From Camelus dromedarius (taxonomy: Eukaryota), in NCBI RefSeq assembly GCF_036321535.1, contig NC_087437.1, forward strand, positions 106,268,001 to 106,332,000: a DNA stretch of 64,000 nucleotides, in the 5' to 3' direction. Below, piece after piece: positions 1 to 12,589 of this stretch. A model generated the notes under the pieces. The model saw nothing but the letters and a program-made list of their open reading frames with translations. It ran no database searches and was not told the DNA's origin. The number at the start of each line of letters is the position of its first letter. Position 1 is the stretch's first letter. Position numbers and translations under genes: made by a program.

Positions 1-239
1 TTCTCACTTTCTGTACAGAACAGTTTTTATGATTTTGCCTCTGCGTGTGTGTACATTAGAGCCTTGTTTCTAACTGCTGTGAAAGTTCCATAGTGTGTTT
101 GCTTCTTTCACATTTTCTTGTATCACAGTACTCCCTTACATGGATGCTTGAATTGGCTCCAGCTTCCAGCTGTCTCCAGCAAAGCTCCCCTTAGCATCCT
201 CAGTCAGTATGAGAATGTCTCTGGAATGCTCATCCACGG

Positions 240-660
240 GCAAGATTGCTGGATCATAGGTATAAGTGTATTTTATTTGAGCAAGTGCTAGCAGATTTTT
301 CTCCAGAATTGTCAGACCTCTCTGTACTCTTACCAGCAGAGGCAGGACTCTTACACCTCCATGTCCCTCTTCTGATCTGACTCTCTTCTAATCTTTGCCA
401 TGTACACATGGTATCAAGTGGTAGCTGCATTTTTGAATGGTCTGAATGTGAGCATTTCTTCATGTCCTTAGCCGTTTTGGTTTCCCTTTATGTGAGTTTC
501 CTTTTCCTGTACTTTGCCTACTTTTCTGATTTGCCCTGGTTTTTTTGAGATTGTTATCAACTTGCAGGAGTTCACTGTCTATTCCAGTTATTAGTCCCTA
601 TACACGTTTGGATATGAGAAATATCTTTTCTCCTCTGTAGCCTATCAGGTGAACATAAAT
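240..660 (-). mobile_element. Degraded ancient L1 (L1M) fragment, antisense
   Basis: Motifs such as attgctggatcatagg and gagcatttcttcatgt resemble the reverse strand of the L1 ORF2 end. Confidence 0.55.
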
Positions 661-1372
661 CTTAATTTTTATGTGTTCAAATCTGTCTGCTTTTTTTCCT
701 CAAAATTTATGTTTTTGGAATTTTATTTAAGAAATAAATCCTTACCTCTCTTTAGATCACAAAAAAATTCCCACCATTTTCTTCTATTTGCTTTATAGTT
801 TTACCTTTCATATTTAAGCCTTTTAGGCTTCTGGAGTTAATTTATGTCATGTGTAATAGTTCTTATAACATTAATTTATTCAACACATTTTAATACCTTG
901 TATACATCTGTAAACAAATCACCTTTCCCAGGAGGAGCTTATGTTGTTCTACGGGGTTGGTCCCTGCTGGGTCATCACCACCTGTTTTGCTGTAGTGTTC
1001 AGGATGGATTCCACAGTTTTACACATAGTATCAATTAAGAAATAGGCTTTATGGGGGAAGGGAAGTCTTAGACCAGGATCAGCAAGAAAACAAAATCCCT
1101 TCATTCTTTAATCATCTCAAACAGAATTTTCTGGGGTCTAGGCATTCTGCTAGATGTTCATGAGGTATATCTATTCCAGTGGAGAGCCCCACGCTTTTAT
1201 TGTTCTTTCTTCTTATAGGGGAAATGTGTTGAAAATCATCATTTTTGTACCAGGCATTCTAGATTCGGATGCCAGCAATTTGTGGACCAAGTTGTCAGAA
1301 CCAGCTCTGGAGCAGCTGGAGGTGTTCGGCCCTGTGGAGAGTTACAGCCATTTCTGAAGTGGGAAAGAAGCC

Positions 1373-1795
1373 TGTGTTGTTTCCTAGTGCTGCTGTGACA
1401 CATTGCTACTGACCTAGGGGCTTAAAAACACCAATTTATCACCATACAGTTCTTGAAGTCAAAAGTGAAATCAGATGTTGGCAGAGCTGTGTTTCTTCTG
1501 GAGGCTGTGAGGGAGGACCTGTTTCTTTTCTTTTCCCACTTCTAGAGGCTGTGTGCATTCCTTGGCTTGTGGCCACTTACTTTCATCCTCAAAACTAGTC
1601 ACAGCCAGCTAGTCGAGCCCTTCTCACTTTGAATCACTCGACCTCTTCAGTTTAAGAAAGTGATTTCATTGGACTCATGTGGATAATCTAGGCTACTCTC
1701 TTTATGTTCAGGTCAGCTGATTAGTAACCTTAATTCTTCTTTGCCATATGATAGAATGTAATCACAAGTTCTGGGTCATTATTGTGCCTACCGCA
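1373..1795 (-). mobile_element. MaLR solo LTR (MLT1C/D-like)
   Basis: Typical MLT1 reverse text: tttcctagtgctgctgtgaca...ggggcttaaaa...ttctggaggct...cattccttggcttgtggcc...gattagtaaccttaatt...tgcctaccgca. Confidence 0.85.
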
Positions 1796-1999
1796 GAGAT
1801 CTTGGTTCCTGGAAAAGTTGAGAGCTGGTACAGCCTGTCCCACTTCTAGGAGCTAGGGGAAGTCCCCAGTCCAGAGAAACCAACTTAAGTTCCTGGGGTC
1901 ACGTTTGGACAGTTTTGCTCTTCGCACTTTGATAATGAGCCAACAGAAAAAGAAAGACTATAGTAAATGAATGCTGTAGTCGGTTAGAGGATGAATGCT

Positions 2000-2310
2000 G
2001 GGACAAGAAGAACGAACAAAGCTAGGACAAGCAAGGAGGCCAGTGTGGGCGAGGGAGTCAGTAGTAATGGAATGGGGAGTAGCTCACATAGGGCCTTGCT
2101 GGCCATCGGAAAGTCTTTAGGTTTCACTGTGATTGGTATCAATCAAAGGAGTGCTATGATGTAACTGCACTTTTAAAAAAGGTCACTGCTGTGTACTGAC
2201 TGAGACCACATTGTAGGGGGACAAGGGCAGCAGCACAGGGAAACATGTTAGGAAGAGGCTGTTGGAGCATTCCAGTGAGAGATGGTGGTGGCTCTTGTAC
2301 TGGTGATGGT
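2000..2310. mobile_element. L2 LINE fragment
   Basis: ggaggccagtgtgg...agggccttg...aaaggtcactgct...ccagtgagagatggtggtggc is characteristic of L2. Confidence 0.65.
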
Positions 2311-2901
2311 GTGTATTTAGGCAGTAATGCAAATATCTATAGTGATTTTATTTTATTTTGCTGTTTGAGATTATTACACTGGCATTTATAAGATATGTAA
2401 TTTGTAACAAAAATCATAGCCAGGATTAACTTTGTATTACTCTGTTAGTTCAGTGGTTTGCAGTAAATTCTGCTAATAAGGTACAGTTTTTAGCTGAACA
2501 GTTGTAAATGGTTCATCTCCATGTTGATTTTTAAGCTGCAGGTTTGAGTCTTTTATTAAGACTGAATTGCTTTAATATAGTTGACATACTTGTCACTTGA
2601 TTTTGGAGTAGCTTAAATTAATTTACTGAGCTAAGATTGGGTGAAAAACATCCCAGAACATCCAGTGGAGTGATGATGATGTCATGTCTGGTTAATAAAT
2701 ATCATTAAACAAAAACTAGTTTGTAAATATCTATAAATTATGGATTTTCCTTTACATGTGAAGGTTACTTCCTCCTGCTTACCTCTGATTTTATTTGAAT
2801 TGAGTTTTTGCTTCTTACATAGCATTTCTGTTTATGCAGATAATTTCAGAATGTCTTAAAATTTAACTCTTATAGGGCTGAGCTTTTGAAATACTTCAAC
2901 C

Positions 2902-2978
2902 ATGACGAAGAGAGAAGCAGAGGAGCTGATAGAAATTGAGATTGATGGAACAGAGAAACCAGAGTGCACAGAAGAAAG
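2902..2978 (+). CDS. GABPA: GABPA exon 2, coding part (exon 2876-2978, 26-nt 5' UTR then ATG): MTKREAEELIEIEIDGTEKPECTEE(S)
   Basis: Acceptor ttatag at 2870-2875, ATG at 2902, donor AAG|GTTAGT at 2978/2979. Translation matches the GABPA N-terminus. Confidence 0.98.
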
Positions 2979-3740
2979 GTTAGTATTTTTTGAATTGACC
3001 ACTTTTATATTATCAGCATGCCGAATTAAAATTAAGGATCAAGCCAGAGTTCTTTGGGGCCCTTTTCCTTTTTTTCAACTGACCTCAGCATTTGGGGGGA
3101 TAATGTATTGCCTTTTTTCTCTAACTTAATGGGTTTGTAGCTGGGAGGAAAAGGTAGTTTTAAACCGAAGATAGTAATAAGCGTAGGTGATAATGATCAA
3201 GCAATTGATTGTGATGGTTTTTTATCCTTGGGCACTGTTTGATTCTTTCTCTTCTTGTCTGTGCTGATTATCTTTATTTCAGGAAGAGTTTTAATTCACA
3301 ACCTGAACGAATTTAACAACTAGTACCTATCAGGAGTACATGAATCAGTGAGACTATAACCTGCCCTTGTAGGGACCACCATGTATTTGAGGAGATACAG
3401 CTGGGAGCCACCACATTACTAAGCATGCAGAGTCGTGGAAGGTGTTCGTTTTTGGAACAGTAATAGAATATTACTTTCTCTGTTAAGGAAGGAGGGCAGT
3501 TGTAGTGAGTTCAGAATCCAAGGAGAGAATGTGGGTAAAAATAGAGATTTGGGAGTCAAAAAGGTTGAGGAAGGTAATGTCTAATGATTCTGCTTTACTC
3601 TGTAAAGCCGGAGGTGAGATATTTTAATATGCCGAAGGTAAAAGGGGCTAAAGAGTAGTCGAAAACTTCTGTAGAGTTACAGAGCTTTAGAACAGCTACA
3701 GTGGGAACGGACAAGATTACTAAGGATAAAATAAGGATGA

Positions 3741-3960
3741 TTTTATTGTGGAAAGAATACTTAACATGCAGTCTACCCTCAACAAATTTTTAAGTGTACA
3801 GTATGATATTGTCAACTGTAGGCACAATGTTGTACAACAGATCTCAACAACTTATTTGTCTTGCATAATTGAGATTTTATGCCAGTTAATGATTAGCTCC
3901 CCCATTCCCCCATTTTTTTTGCCCTCAGGCCCCCAACCACACCACCTTTTCTGCTCAAAG
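3741..3960 (-). mobile_element. L1 3' end (L1MA/L1MB-like), antisense
   Basis: tttattgtgg...aacatgcagtctaccctcaacaaatttttaagtgtacagtat...aatgttgtacaacagatctc is the reverse of an L1 3' terminus. Confidence 0.85.
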
Positions 3961-4191
3961 GAGACGCCTGACTCTAGCTCAAAAGACAAACCCCATTTTA
4001 GTTGTCCTCAGTCCTGTCCTCTCTCACCATGTCCTGACATAGGAACATTTTCCTCACAGAAAAGGTCTAAAATACCTTGACATGACTGCCTGGGAGATCT
4101 TAAATTTTTAATGGACCTTTTCAACATGTTTGATTATGAAATTTTCCCCAGCCAAAGAAACAATAGACTACATGCCTTTTAAAATTTTCAT

Positions 4192-4248
<57 letters not shown>

Positions 4249-4272
4249 TACATACATACATACATACATACA
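4192..4272. repeat. Compound microsatellite (CA)n-(TACA)n
   Basis: Directly visible: ~52 nt of CA with one interruption, then ~7 TACA units. Confidence 0.97.
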
Positions 4273-4276
4273 TTTA

Positions 4277-4751
4277 TTTCTTTATGTAGCAAATTACCCC
4301 AAAACTTGGCGGCTTGAAACACCCAACTGTTGTTATTGCACAGTTTCTCAGAGTCAGGAACCTAGAAGTTTAGCTGGATAGTTCTGGCTCAGAGTATTTC
4401 ATGAGCTTGCAGTTAAGCTGTCAGTCTGGACTGCAGTCATCTCAAGAGTTGACTGGGGCTGGTATGTCTGTTGCCGAGATCACTCATGAGATTGGTGGCA
4501 GGACCACTCACTTCCTCATCACGTGGGCTTCTGTGTAGGGCTGCGCGTGACATGGCAGCCAGCTTTCCCGAAAACAAGTAGTCTGAGAGAGCATTCGCAT
4601 CGGTATCTTTTTAAATAACTTAATCTAAGAAGCGACACATATGTCACAGCCTTAGTCCTTTGGTCACACAGTCCAACCTTGGTACAGTTCGGGAGGGAAG
4701 TATAATATTAGGAGGTGAGGATCTTTGGGCCATCTTGAAGCCTCACGTACA
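4277..4751 (-). mobile_element. MaLR solo LTR (MLT1F/G-like)
   Basis: aaattaccccaaaacttggcggcttgaaac...ttgcagttaagctgtc...ttgactggggctgg...gggccatcttgaag. Confidence 0.85.
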
Positions 4752-6172
4752 TGTATTTATTTTTATATACACATTCATGGTCTACAGAATCTAAAGTTTT
4801 TACTGTTTGCCCCCTTTCGAAAACCTTTGTCCATGTCTCACTTGAGAGATTGGTAGTTACCGCTGTTGGTAGTTACTGCTCGCCTGGCGGGTAGCAGCAG
4901 GTTACTGGCGAAGGGGGCAGTGGTGGCCATCTGGCTGTAGCAGGAATTTAGATCTAGTTATGGGAGATCATCCACACTTTTTTTTTGAGAGAAGTTGATA
5001 CTCAGATTTTTGTATGAAGTTTCCCAAGGTGTAAATAGTGGCAACAGAATATTAAAAATGTTTTAAATGTTGAGCTTATGTAAAGTAGGTCCTTAAAAAT
5101 CTGTCTCAAAGTGATATCTGACTCTTTTAAAGAATTACTGTTACAAAGAAAGGAAAAATATAGCCCACTGCACTACAGCTGAAGTATTTGGTAAAAATAC
5201 TTAACCAAAAACCCCAATTATTTTACCCTCACAAATAAGCATAATAATAGTTCACTATTATTTTAAAATCTTGTTTTCTTCAGTTATGAGTCATCTATTT
5301 TGTAAATGTTAAAAGTTTTAGAAGGAATTTAAGCTAAATACAATCAATGAATATGCTATATAAATTGCATTAGGCTTGGAATTTATGTGAAATGGAACTT
5401 GACAAGTTTTTAAGGACATACTGTTTTTGACAACTGCAAGTGAGTTTTAAATCATATTTAAATTAAACGTGTGAAACATAATTGAATTCTAGATTTACCA
5501 ATTCAGCAAATATTACTGTCTTCTGTTTGGCCTCAAATAAGGATTCACAAAAGATATATAGGATTGCTTACCAAAGATTTTACCCTTAAGGAGCTATGGT
5601 TCCATAGAATTCAGAGTATGAACTAACAATGCAAAAGAGCCCTTAGAGAGTTTTAAAGGAATAATATAATATTATTTATGGTGGATCTGTGGTGATTATA
5701 ACCAGTAGATTAAATGGGAACTATTTTATAATTTATATTATTAAATTGTATTTATGTTGGGAAGGGAAATTGACTAGTAGAGATGGCATACAAATTTTGA
5801 GACTTTTTATATTCTTTTTTGAGTCTAAAATAACTTAGAAATATATAAACGTAAAGATCTCCCCTTAAATGTTGTATGTGCAATATTTGTATATATACAC
5901 AAACACACACACATATATATATACGTAACAAGGCATATTTGCAAGGTTGCTTTAAATTGCAAGCTGGCGTTTCTCTGTGATTCACTGTTCAGTTTGGCAA
6001 CGCTGGTTGGTGATGAGCCTACCACTATGAAAGATGTCCTTTGCAGAAATGAGCTTCAAAGACCAGAAATGTGTTTTGGTGTTGAATTTTATATTGAACA
6101 CATTGTTACATTAACATCCAGGGTAGAAATGTAATTCTTAACTGCTATATCCTTTAACATTATATTCGTTAG

Positions 6173-6317
6173 CATTGTGGAACAAACCTACACCCCAGCC
6201 GAATGTGTAAGCCAGGCCATAGACATCAATGAGCCAATAGGCAATTTAAAGAAACTACTGGAACCACGACTACAGTGTTCTTTGGATGCTCATGAAATTT
6301 GTCTGCAAGATATCCAG
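6173..6317 (+). CDS. GABPA: GABPA exon 3 (145 nt): (S)IVEQTYTPAECVSQAIDINEPIGNLKKLLEPRLQCSLDAHEICLQDIQ, start of the N-terminal OST/ubiquitin-like domain
   Basis: Acceptor cgttag, donor CAG|GTATTC. Phase continues exon 2 (77+145=222 nt). Confidence 0.98.
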
Positions 6318-7439
6318 GTATTCTCTTTTTCTTTTTTGAGATTTCTATTTCAGCACTTATGTCTGCATTAGAATTCTTTTGTTGTTGGCCTTTTATTTCT
6401 ATAGCTCTAGCCTTTCTCTCTGAACCTAGATTTGACCTATATTATTATAAAATTTAAGCATTTAGAAATAAAAAGAATTCTTTCAACAGAATTTCCTTTA
6501 TTTAAATTTATTTTTAAAATATTGAGTAATCAAGCGTTCTTTTTTTTTTTTTTTTTTTTACTTTCACATATAGAAAATGAGAAGTTTAAATCTATTTGAA
6601 TCAGAGCTTAAATTTAGAGCTGTGGGAAGCACATTGACCTTGGAAGCTGAAGGAGTGTGTCCTCCTTGTACCCTGTTTCTAAATAGCTTTTAACTTCTTA
6701 GTGCATTAGTTTCCTCATCTTTATAAAGAGATGATTTGACTGAATGATTTTACATTCCCTTCAATCTTTATTTGCTCCAGCAGTATATTTTAGATAAAAA
6801 TTTAAATATCTATGTATACACATATATATTTATAATAATATATATGATAATAATATTTTATGTTTGTGGCATATGTATAGTCATGTTCTATGGTGTTCTT
6901 TCAAGCAAGGGAGTATTTTTATGTATAAAAGGCAGTAGCCTAGACAGGATTGCTCAAATAGTTTCTCCAGGCCTTCCTGGAGCGTGTGAGTAAATACTAG
7001 GAGTTTATTCTGTTTTTTAATACTAACTCATGCTAAAGTATAGTATGTCATTTTTTGGATCATTTGGTTTGCTTTATTCTTTACTCATCCCCCGCCCCCG
7101 CCTTGTGATATAGCTATTCCATGTATTACAGAACGTTTGCCATACTTTTTAAAAAATTCAGATCATTGTTATGTCTACTATTTTAAAATAAGATATTGAT
7201 GTAGAACAAATTGAAATGTTTTAATGAAATTTTTGAATTTTAGTTGCCATTTAACCATACTTCTTTCTTTTCGGTAAGTCTAGTAAATATTGGGGGAAGG
7301 GAAGTTGCTCTTCTAAAACTAAAGAATATAAGTGCATCTAATAATAGTATAATTTTAGGATTTAAGGTTTTTCTTCTCTCAATACTGAAAGGATAAATTA
7401 GCACAGTCTTTCTGGAAGGTAATATAGCATTTAGTGTCT

Positions 7440-7635
7440 GTTAATGTTGAATGTGGAGTATCTAGCAGTTCCACCTCAAGGAATTGTTCTTAAAGACATG
7501 CTCACCTGGGTGAACAAAGGTGTACCTCTGAAATGTACATTGCATGGTTGTGCAGAAGCTATCTCAAATGATCCAAAAACAGAGAGTTAGATAAATAAAC
7601 TCTATAGATTGGAATTCAGGGCAACCATTAAAATT
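7440..7635 (+). mobile_element. Degraded L1M fragment
   Basis: ttccacctcaaggaatt...ttagataaataaact...caaccattaaaa resembles the L1ME ORF2 end/3' UTR. Confidence 0.45.
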
Positions 7636-7739
7636 TGGTGAACTAAAGCTATATGGGCAGTTTACACTGAATAGAAAATTTTCTGCAGAACATTTCTAAA
7701 TTGTTGCATTTATTCTTCACTTCAGTCTTTGAAGTCACC

Positions 7740-7870
7740 ATATTCTTAATCATATTCTGCAGACGTGGAGACTGAGATTTAAAGAAATTAAGTAATTTAC
7801 CTAATGCATAGCTACAAAGGGGTGCATTGAAATTTGCACCCAGGCCTGTGTGACTCCAAAACTCTCTTCA
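7740..7870 (+). mobile_element. MIR SINE fragment
   Basis: Core motif ggagactgagatttaaagaaattaagtaatttacct...ccaggcctgtgtgactccaaa. Confidence 0.75.
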
Positions 7871-9457
7871 CTTGTTTGAAGCTGACTTTTTAAGAAAGTT
7901 TTTATTGACTAACTCAGTGTCACTGGACTTGACCTGATTTTTTTTCATGTGTAAAATTGTGGGGAATCTGGACTCAATCTCTTCCTTGTCTTTCAGCTCT
8001 GACATTTGTTATTGCTCTTACAATACCTGACCTAACCAAAATGAAAATATGACCTGCACAGCACCCAATATATCATAGGTCCTCGATAAATATTAGTTGA
8101 GTAAAAGAAAATATGCAAAATTTATAGTATCATAGAATTCAGAGCTAGTCTTGGATCTAGGGCATTTTGCATTTCTTCCTGTCCCCCTTCCTCTCCTCAA
8201 AAGGGTGGGAGGATAGCATCTTCTGTTTTCCATGTCAAGACACGAATGCAGAAACGCAGTTGGAGTCACAGTGCTTGTGGTAATGCTCTTGTATTTTCAG
8301 ATGAATCTTGGCCTGAAAGCTGCTGAACAGCAGTTGAGTTGCACTTCTCTAAGGAATATGACCCAAGATCTAATACCATGATTGAGTTTTGTCGTTGGGC
8401 CGGCTCCTACTGAACTAGCTAGTGTATTTAGCACCTAAGAGCCCTCTTCCAGAGGTACACAGGCTTCAGCTTCTGGTAGACAATACCAGTGTCCACTAGA
8501 GAGGGGGGAAATCTCAAAATGAGAATTTTTTAACAAAATATCAGGCAGAGACTATTGTATTAAGGAGTGAAGCTGCCACGTTTGATCTGTCTGCAGGGTG
8601 ACACAGCTTTTCCCATCTCTGCTTAAGTTAGATGCATAGCCACGTAAGGTTTTAGGCTTTATGTATGTGACGCTTTTAATATTAGAAAATGTGTTTGTAC
8701 CATGACTAGAGTGCTGGCTGAATTCTTGAGAATGAGAGTGGGAGGAGCTTTGTCCATCCAGCTGTATGATACGCAGACACACAGAGATATACATTAGTCA
8801 AAAGGATTAATAGTGGAAGCCTGTTTTTAAACTGGTGACAGAATGTCTGGAAGTCAGAGTTACTTTTGTCATCAATTTGCCATTTGTGTGAAATGCATTC
8901 AGAAGCACTGATACTGAAAGATCCTGAAAGGATATATAATTATGATAAAACATATTCATAGCTAGGTCGGATAATAGGTTGTAAGTCCTGTAACTTTATG
9001 ATCAGAAATTCAGAGTTAACCTTGCTCTTGAATGTGTATTGTTGTTTACAAGGGAGATATATATGGCAAGAATTATGTAAATTAATTTGTATAAATTGTC
9101 CCCCCTAATAAAATACCTCTGCTTATTCATGGCAGATAAAGTGCATTCTCTTCTACTTTAAATACTTTTACAGAAATCGTTGCCTTTTGGCATCATTTAA
9201 CATTCTAAACTAGACTCCGGGGCTAGAGGAGACCCCCACTTAAATCCTGTTGCTTGTCTTGTCCTTAATTGCTACCACAGTGGTTAAATTATTCTCAGTT
9301 TTGGCAAAGAATTAAATGGTATGACAACTTGAATAATTAAATGTGTTTTTATAATTTAATTAGTATGCTTCAGTAATTAAGTCCTGTTTGACATATCCAT
9401 TTATACTAAACGAGATGACTGAGCTAAAATAATCTTACTCATTTTACCCATCTTCAG

Positions 9458-9542
9458 CTGGATCCAGAACGAAGTTTATTTGACCAAGGAGTAAAAACAG
9501 ATGGAACTGTACAGCTTAGTGTACAGGTAATTTCTTACCAAG
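9458..9542 (+). CDS. GABPA: GABPA exon 4 (85 nt): LDPERSLFDQGVKTDGTVQLSVQVISYQ(G)
   Basis: Acceptor tcttcag, donor AAG|GTAAGT. Too short for the ORF track, translated by hand. Confidence 0.97.
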
Positions 9543-11069
9543 GTAAGTTACTTTTAATGTTATTTAAAAATTTCAGCTCATGTTTTTCTAATACGGGAAC
9601 TCAGTTTTAGATGGTTGTCAATTACTTAATGTAATGTTATAGCCAAATATTCATATTTTTGATTTAATTGTTTTACCTGTTGGGGTGAAACAGATAGTAT
9701 AACACATTGTCCCTTCTTTATCAGGAAAGGATATATTGTAGGGTAGTAAATAGCAGGACCACAGGGAGGACTAGAAGAACAGGTCTAGGGGACTTTCTAA
9801 GAATGCCGCAGCCCCATCACAGAACTGCACTGCCAAGGAAGCTGCTGCTCTGCCAGGATGTGGAAAATGCCAGATCTGAAAGCCGCCACTGTAGCTGTCA
9901 ACCTGGAACCATGCTGCCTTTTCAGTGATCCACATCAGCCAAAACGTGGATGCCATGTGCATGCTTGTCTCCTCTACTCATTTCCAAATAGAAGGCTCAT
10001 GCTCGTGATTCTAGAACCTAAATCACACCTGGAAACCCTAGCTGCAAGGGAACCTAGTCTCTACAGTTTAACACAGACAGAGGAATTTGCAAAGAATGTG
10101 GGTGACCCAGTCAGCCAGATCCATCACAGTATTTTATTAATCTGTGTTAAGTACACAAGTTAGAAAATTAGGAAAATTTTGGTGGGTTGAATCTTAGTCT
10201 TTTTAAATGTGGCCTGTTGGGTTTTCTAACCAGAGTTTTAGACTAATTTTAATCTTTGAACATGTTTTATTGCTTACAATTCTGTTTCACAATCCAAAGT
10301 TTTCTTCAGATTATAAAAATGGTAATTACTTACTTCTGATCCTTAATTTCTCCAGGATTTACTATTGTTGGGAATAGAAAAGAAAATCAGTTTTTGTTTT
10401 TATTTTTAAAAGCATGGTTATCTCTCAGTGCAGGCGTGTTTAAGAAGTTGACTTCATAAAATTTGAATGGAAGATTAGGGGATAAATTTAAGGAAAAATT
10501 CTTTTCAAAAATTATGATTTTCTTCTCATGTATATTTGAAAAAGTGACTTCTGTTTATACCACCTAATGGGTGATAGCAGTGTATTTTCTTATAATACTG
10601 GTTTTCATGATTGAATTGGTTTCACGATAGAATTTTACGATACTGAAATTGAGTTTTGTTTTTTCTTTCAAATGTACTTTGATTGAATTTTGATATAGAT
10701 TGTAACTGAACAGTAAACAGTAGCTGTTAAGTAGTCTGATAGTTCCTTAGAGCTGTCATTTAACATAAGTATCTGAGATTATTTCATAAAGGGCTATTAC
10801 ATTTTGAATATCTTAAGTATTTAGGTTTTTCTTTATTCAGTTGAAAATGAAAATCAGAATTTAATGATGTGAATTTAACATACTCAGTGTCTGTTTATTT
10901 TTAAAACATATACTTTGTCTTCTAAAAGCAGTCAGTAAACAATTTGCTTAGAAAGACTTAAAGTTCTGAGGATGGATAGCTACTCATTTGTACTCTCCCT
11001 AGTTTAGTTAAATATTTGTACGTAGGGTGTATGTGTGAGGGTGGGAGGGGGTGGTGGTGGTGGTGGTGG

Positions 11070-11370
11070 TCTTAAATTATTTTAGACTTGTGGAAAAGTT
11101 GCAAGTGTAGTAAAAATTCCTGGATATTCTTTACCCAGATTCTACAAATGTAAAATTTTATTACTTTTGTTTTATTCTCTCTCTCCCTCATCCCCACATT
11201 GTTTTTGACCTGTTTAAGAGTAAGATGTAGACATGATTCCTTTCTATCTTTAAATACATTAGTATGTGTGTTTTCCAAAAACAAGAATTCTTTTTACATG
11301 ACCACAGTTCAGTTATCAAAATCAGGAAATTAATATTGATACAGTAATTTTTTTAATCTACCAAAGTTCT
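11070..11370 (-). mobile_element. L1 3' end (L1MB8/L1ME-like), antisense
   Basis: ttagacttgtggaaaagttgcaa...tttacccagattc...ttatcaaaatcaggaaattaatattgatac. Confidence 0.75.
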
Positions 11371-11552
11371 GTTGAATTTTTGTTTTTATCATTTAATAGA
11401 AATTTGTTAAGTTCTCTAGACATAATGCTAAAAAATATTTAAAATTGAGTTTTGCTCTACCATTAGAGAACATATAAAGTAAACTAAATTTTAATTTGTT
11501 AGTGACTTTCATGTTTTTGCTTTTCTTATCCTTTTGGTAAATCACTGTTAAG

Positions 11553-11798
11553 GAATTGAACCAAAGCTAAACATCCTGGAAATTGTTAAACCTGCGGAAA
11601 CAGTTGAAGTGGTTATTGATCCAGATGCCCACCATGCTGAAGCAGAAGCACATCTTGTTGAGGAAGCTCAAGTGATAACTCTTGATGGCACAAAGCACAT
11701 TACAACCATTTCCGATGAAACCTCAGAACAGGTGACGAGATGGGCTGCCGCCCTGGAAGGTTACAGGAAAGAGCAGGAGCGTCTTGGGATACCCTACG
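11553..11798 (+). CDS. GABPA: GABPA exon 5 (246 nt): (G)IEPKLNILEIVKPAETVEVVIDPDAHH...EGYRKEQERLGIPY(D)
   Basis: Acceptor gttaag, donor ACG|GTAATC. Overlaps ORF 11609-11830. Confidence 0.98.
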
Positions 11799-12589
11799 GT
11801 AATCAAATGCAAAATAATGATGTTAGGTAGGATAAACAGAATTAAGCTTCACATAGAAGACACTAGGGTGAGTGAGTTATCTCTTTTAAATGTAGAATTT
11901 TTAGGAAATATGTTAATTTTTCATGTATCTTTTTTTTTTTTTTTTTGGACTGTAACACATAATGGTGCTGGAAATACAAATGTATTAAGAAATTATTTCA
12001 GTATCTGCTTCATATCCTCCCTGATCTGATGTGTTCCTAGTGTCCACATGTAGGGGATGCTTCCATTCAGTTGGCTCCTGAGAATGAAGGAGAGGCCCTG
12101 GGGTTTCTAACCACACTGTAGACTTTAAATTAGTCTCATTCTCCACTTAAACCTCCTACAACCTGGAACCACCGTGACCTGAGTCAGTAGAAGCTCCAGA
12201 GGCAGGAACGCTCTCGCTCCTTACTGGTTTCCTCCGTGATGGCTATTAGGTCATAGCTGCTTTTATTCCACTTGATTTTTTTACTTTGCTTATTGTCTTC
12301 CAAAAAGCTGCTTGCCGTCTCATCCATTTCTGTCATTTCCCACTCATGTTCCTATGAGTTTACATTTTTCAGAAATGTCTTTACTGTCATTTTACTAGGG
12401 ACTTAGAGCAAAGAGTCAGGGACAACATGCATGGCAATTAGTTACGTTAAACCAGAACTCCTGATACTACGTAAGAAAGTAAGACAGATGAGTACTATTT
12501 TCCCCTAACTTTTTGATCTTGATACTTCTTTGTTTATGTAAATAAACGCACTGACTTGAACTTTGAAGTGTGGTTCAGGATAGGTAGCT

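Noticed and set aside
1201-1360. Alternative 5' UTR exon in intron 1 (good acceptor at 1217-1218)
   Set aside because: Only weak donors follow it, and there is no further evidence.
1-2875. GABPA exon 1, ATP5PF and their bidirectional promoter
   Set aside because: No CpG island or ATP5PF coding sequence is present. These are expected upstream of the window.
6145-9457. U12-type minor intron (tcctttaac before exon 3; donor GTATTCTC after exon 3)
   Set aside because: The branch-like motif belongs to intron 2, whose donor GTTAGT is U2-type. The intron 3 donor misses the GTATCCTT core and its acceptor lacks a TCCTTAAC branch.
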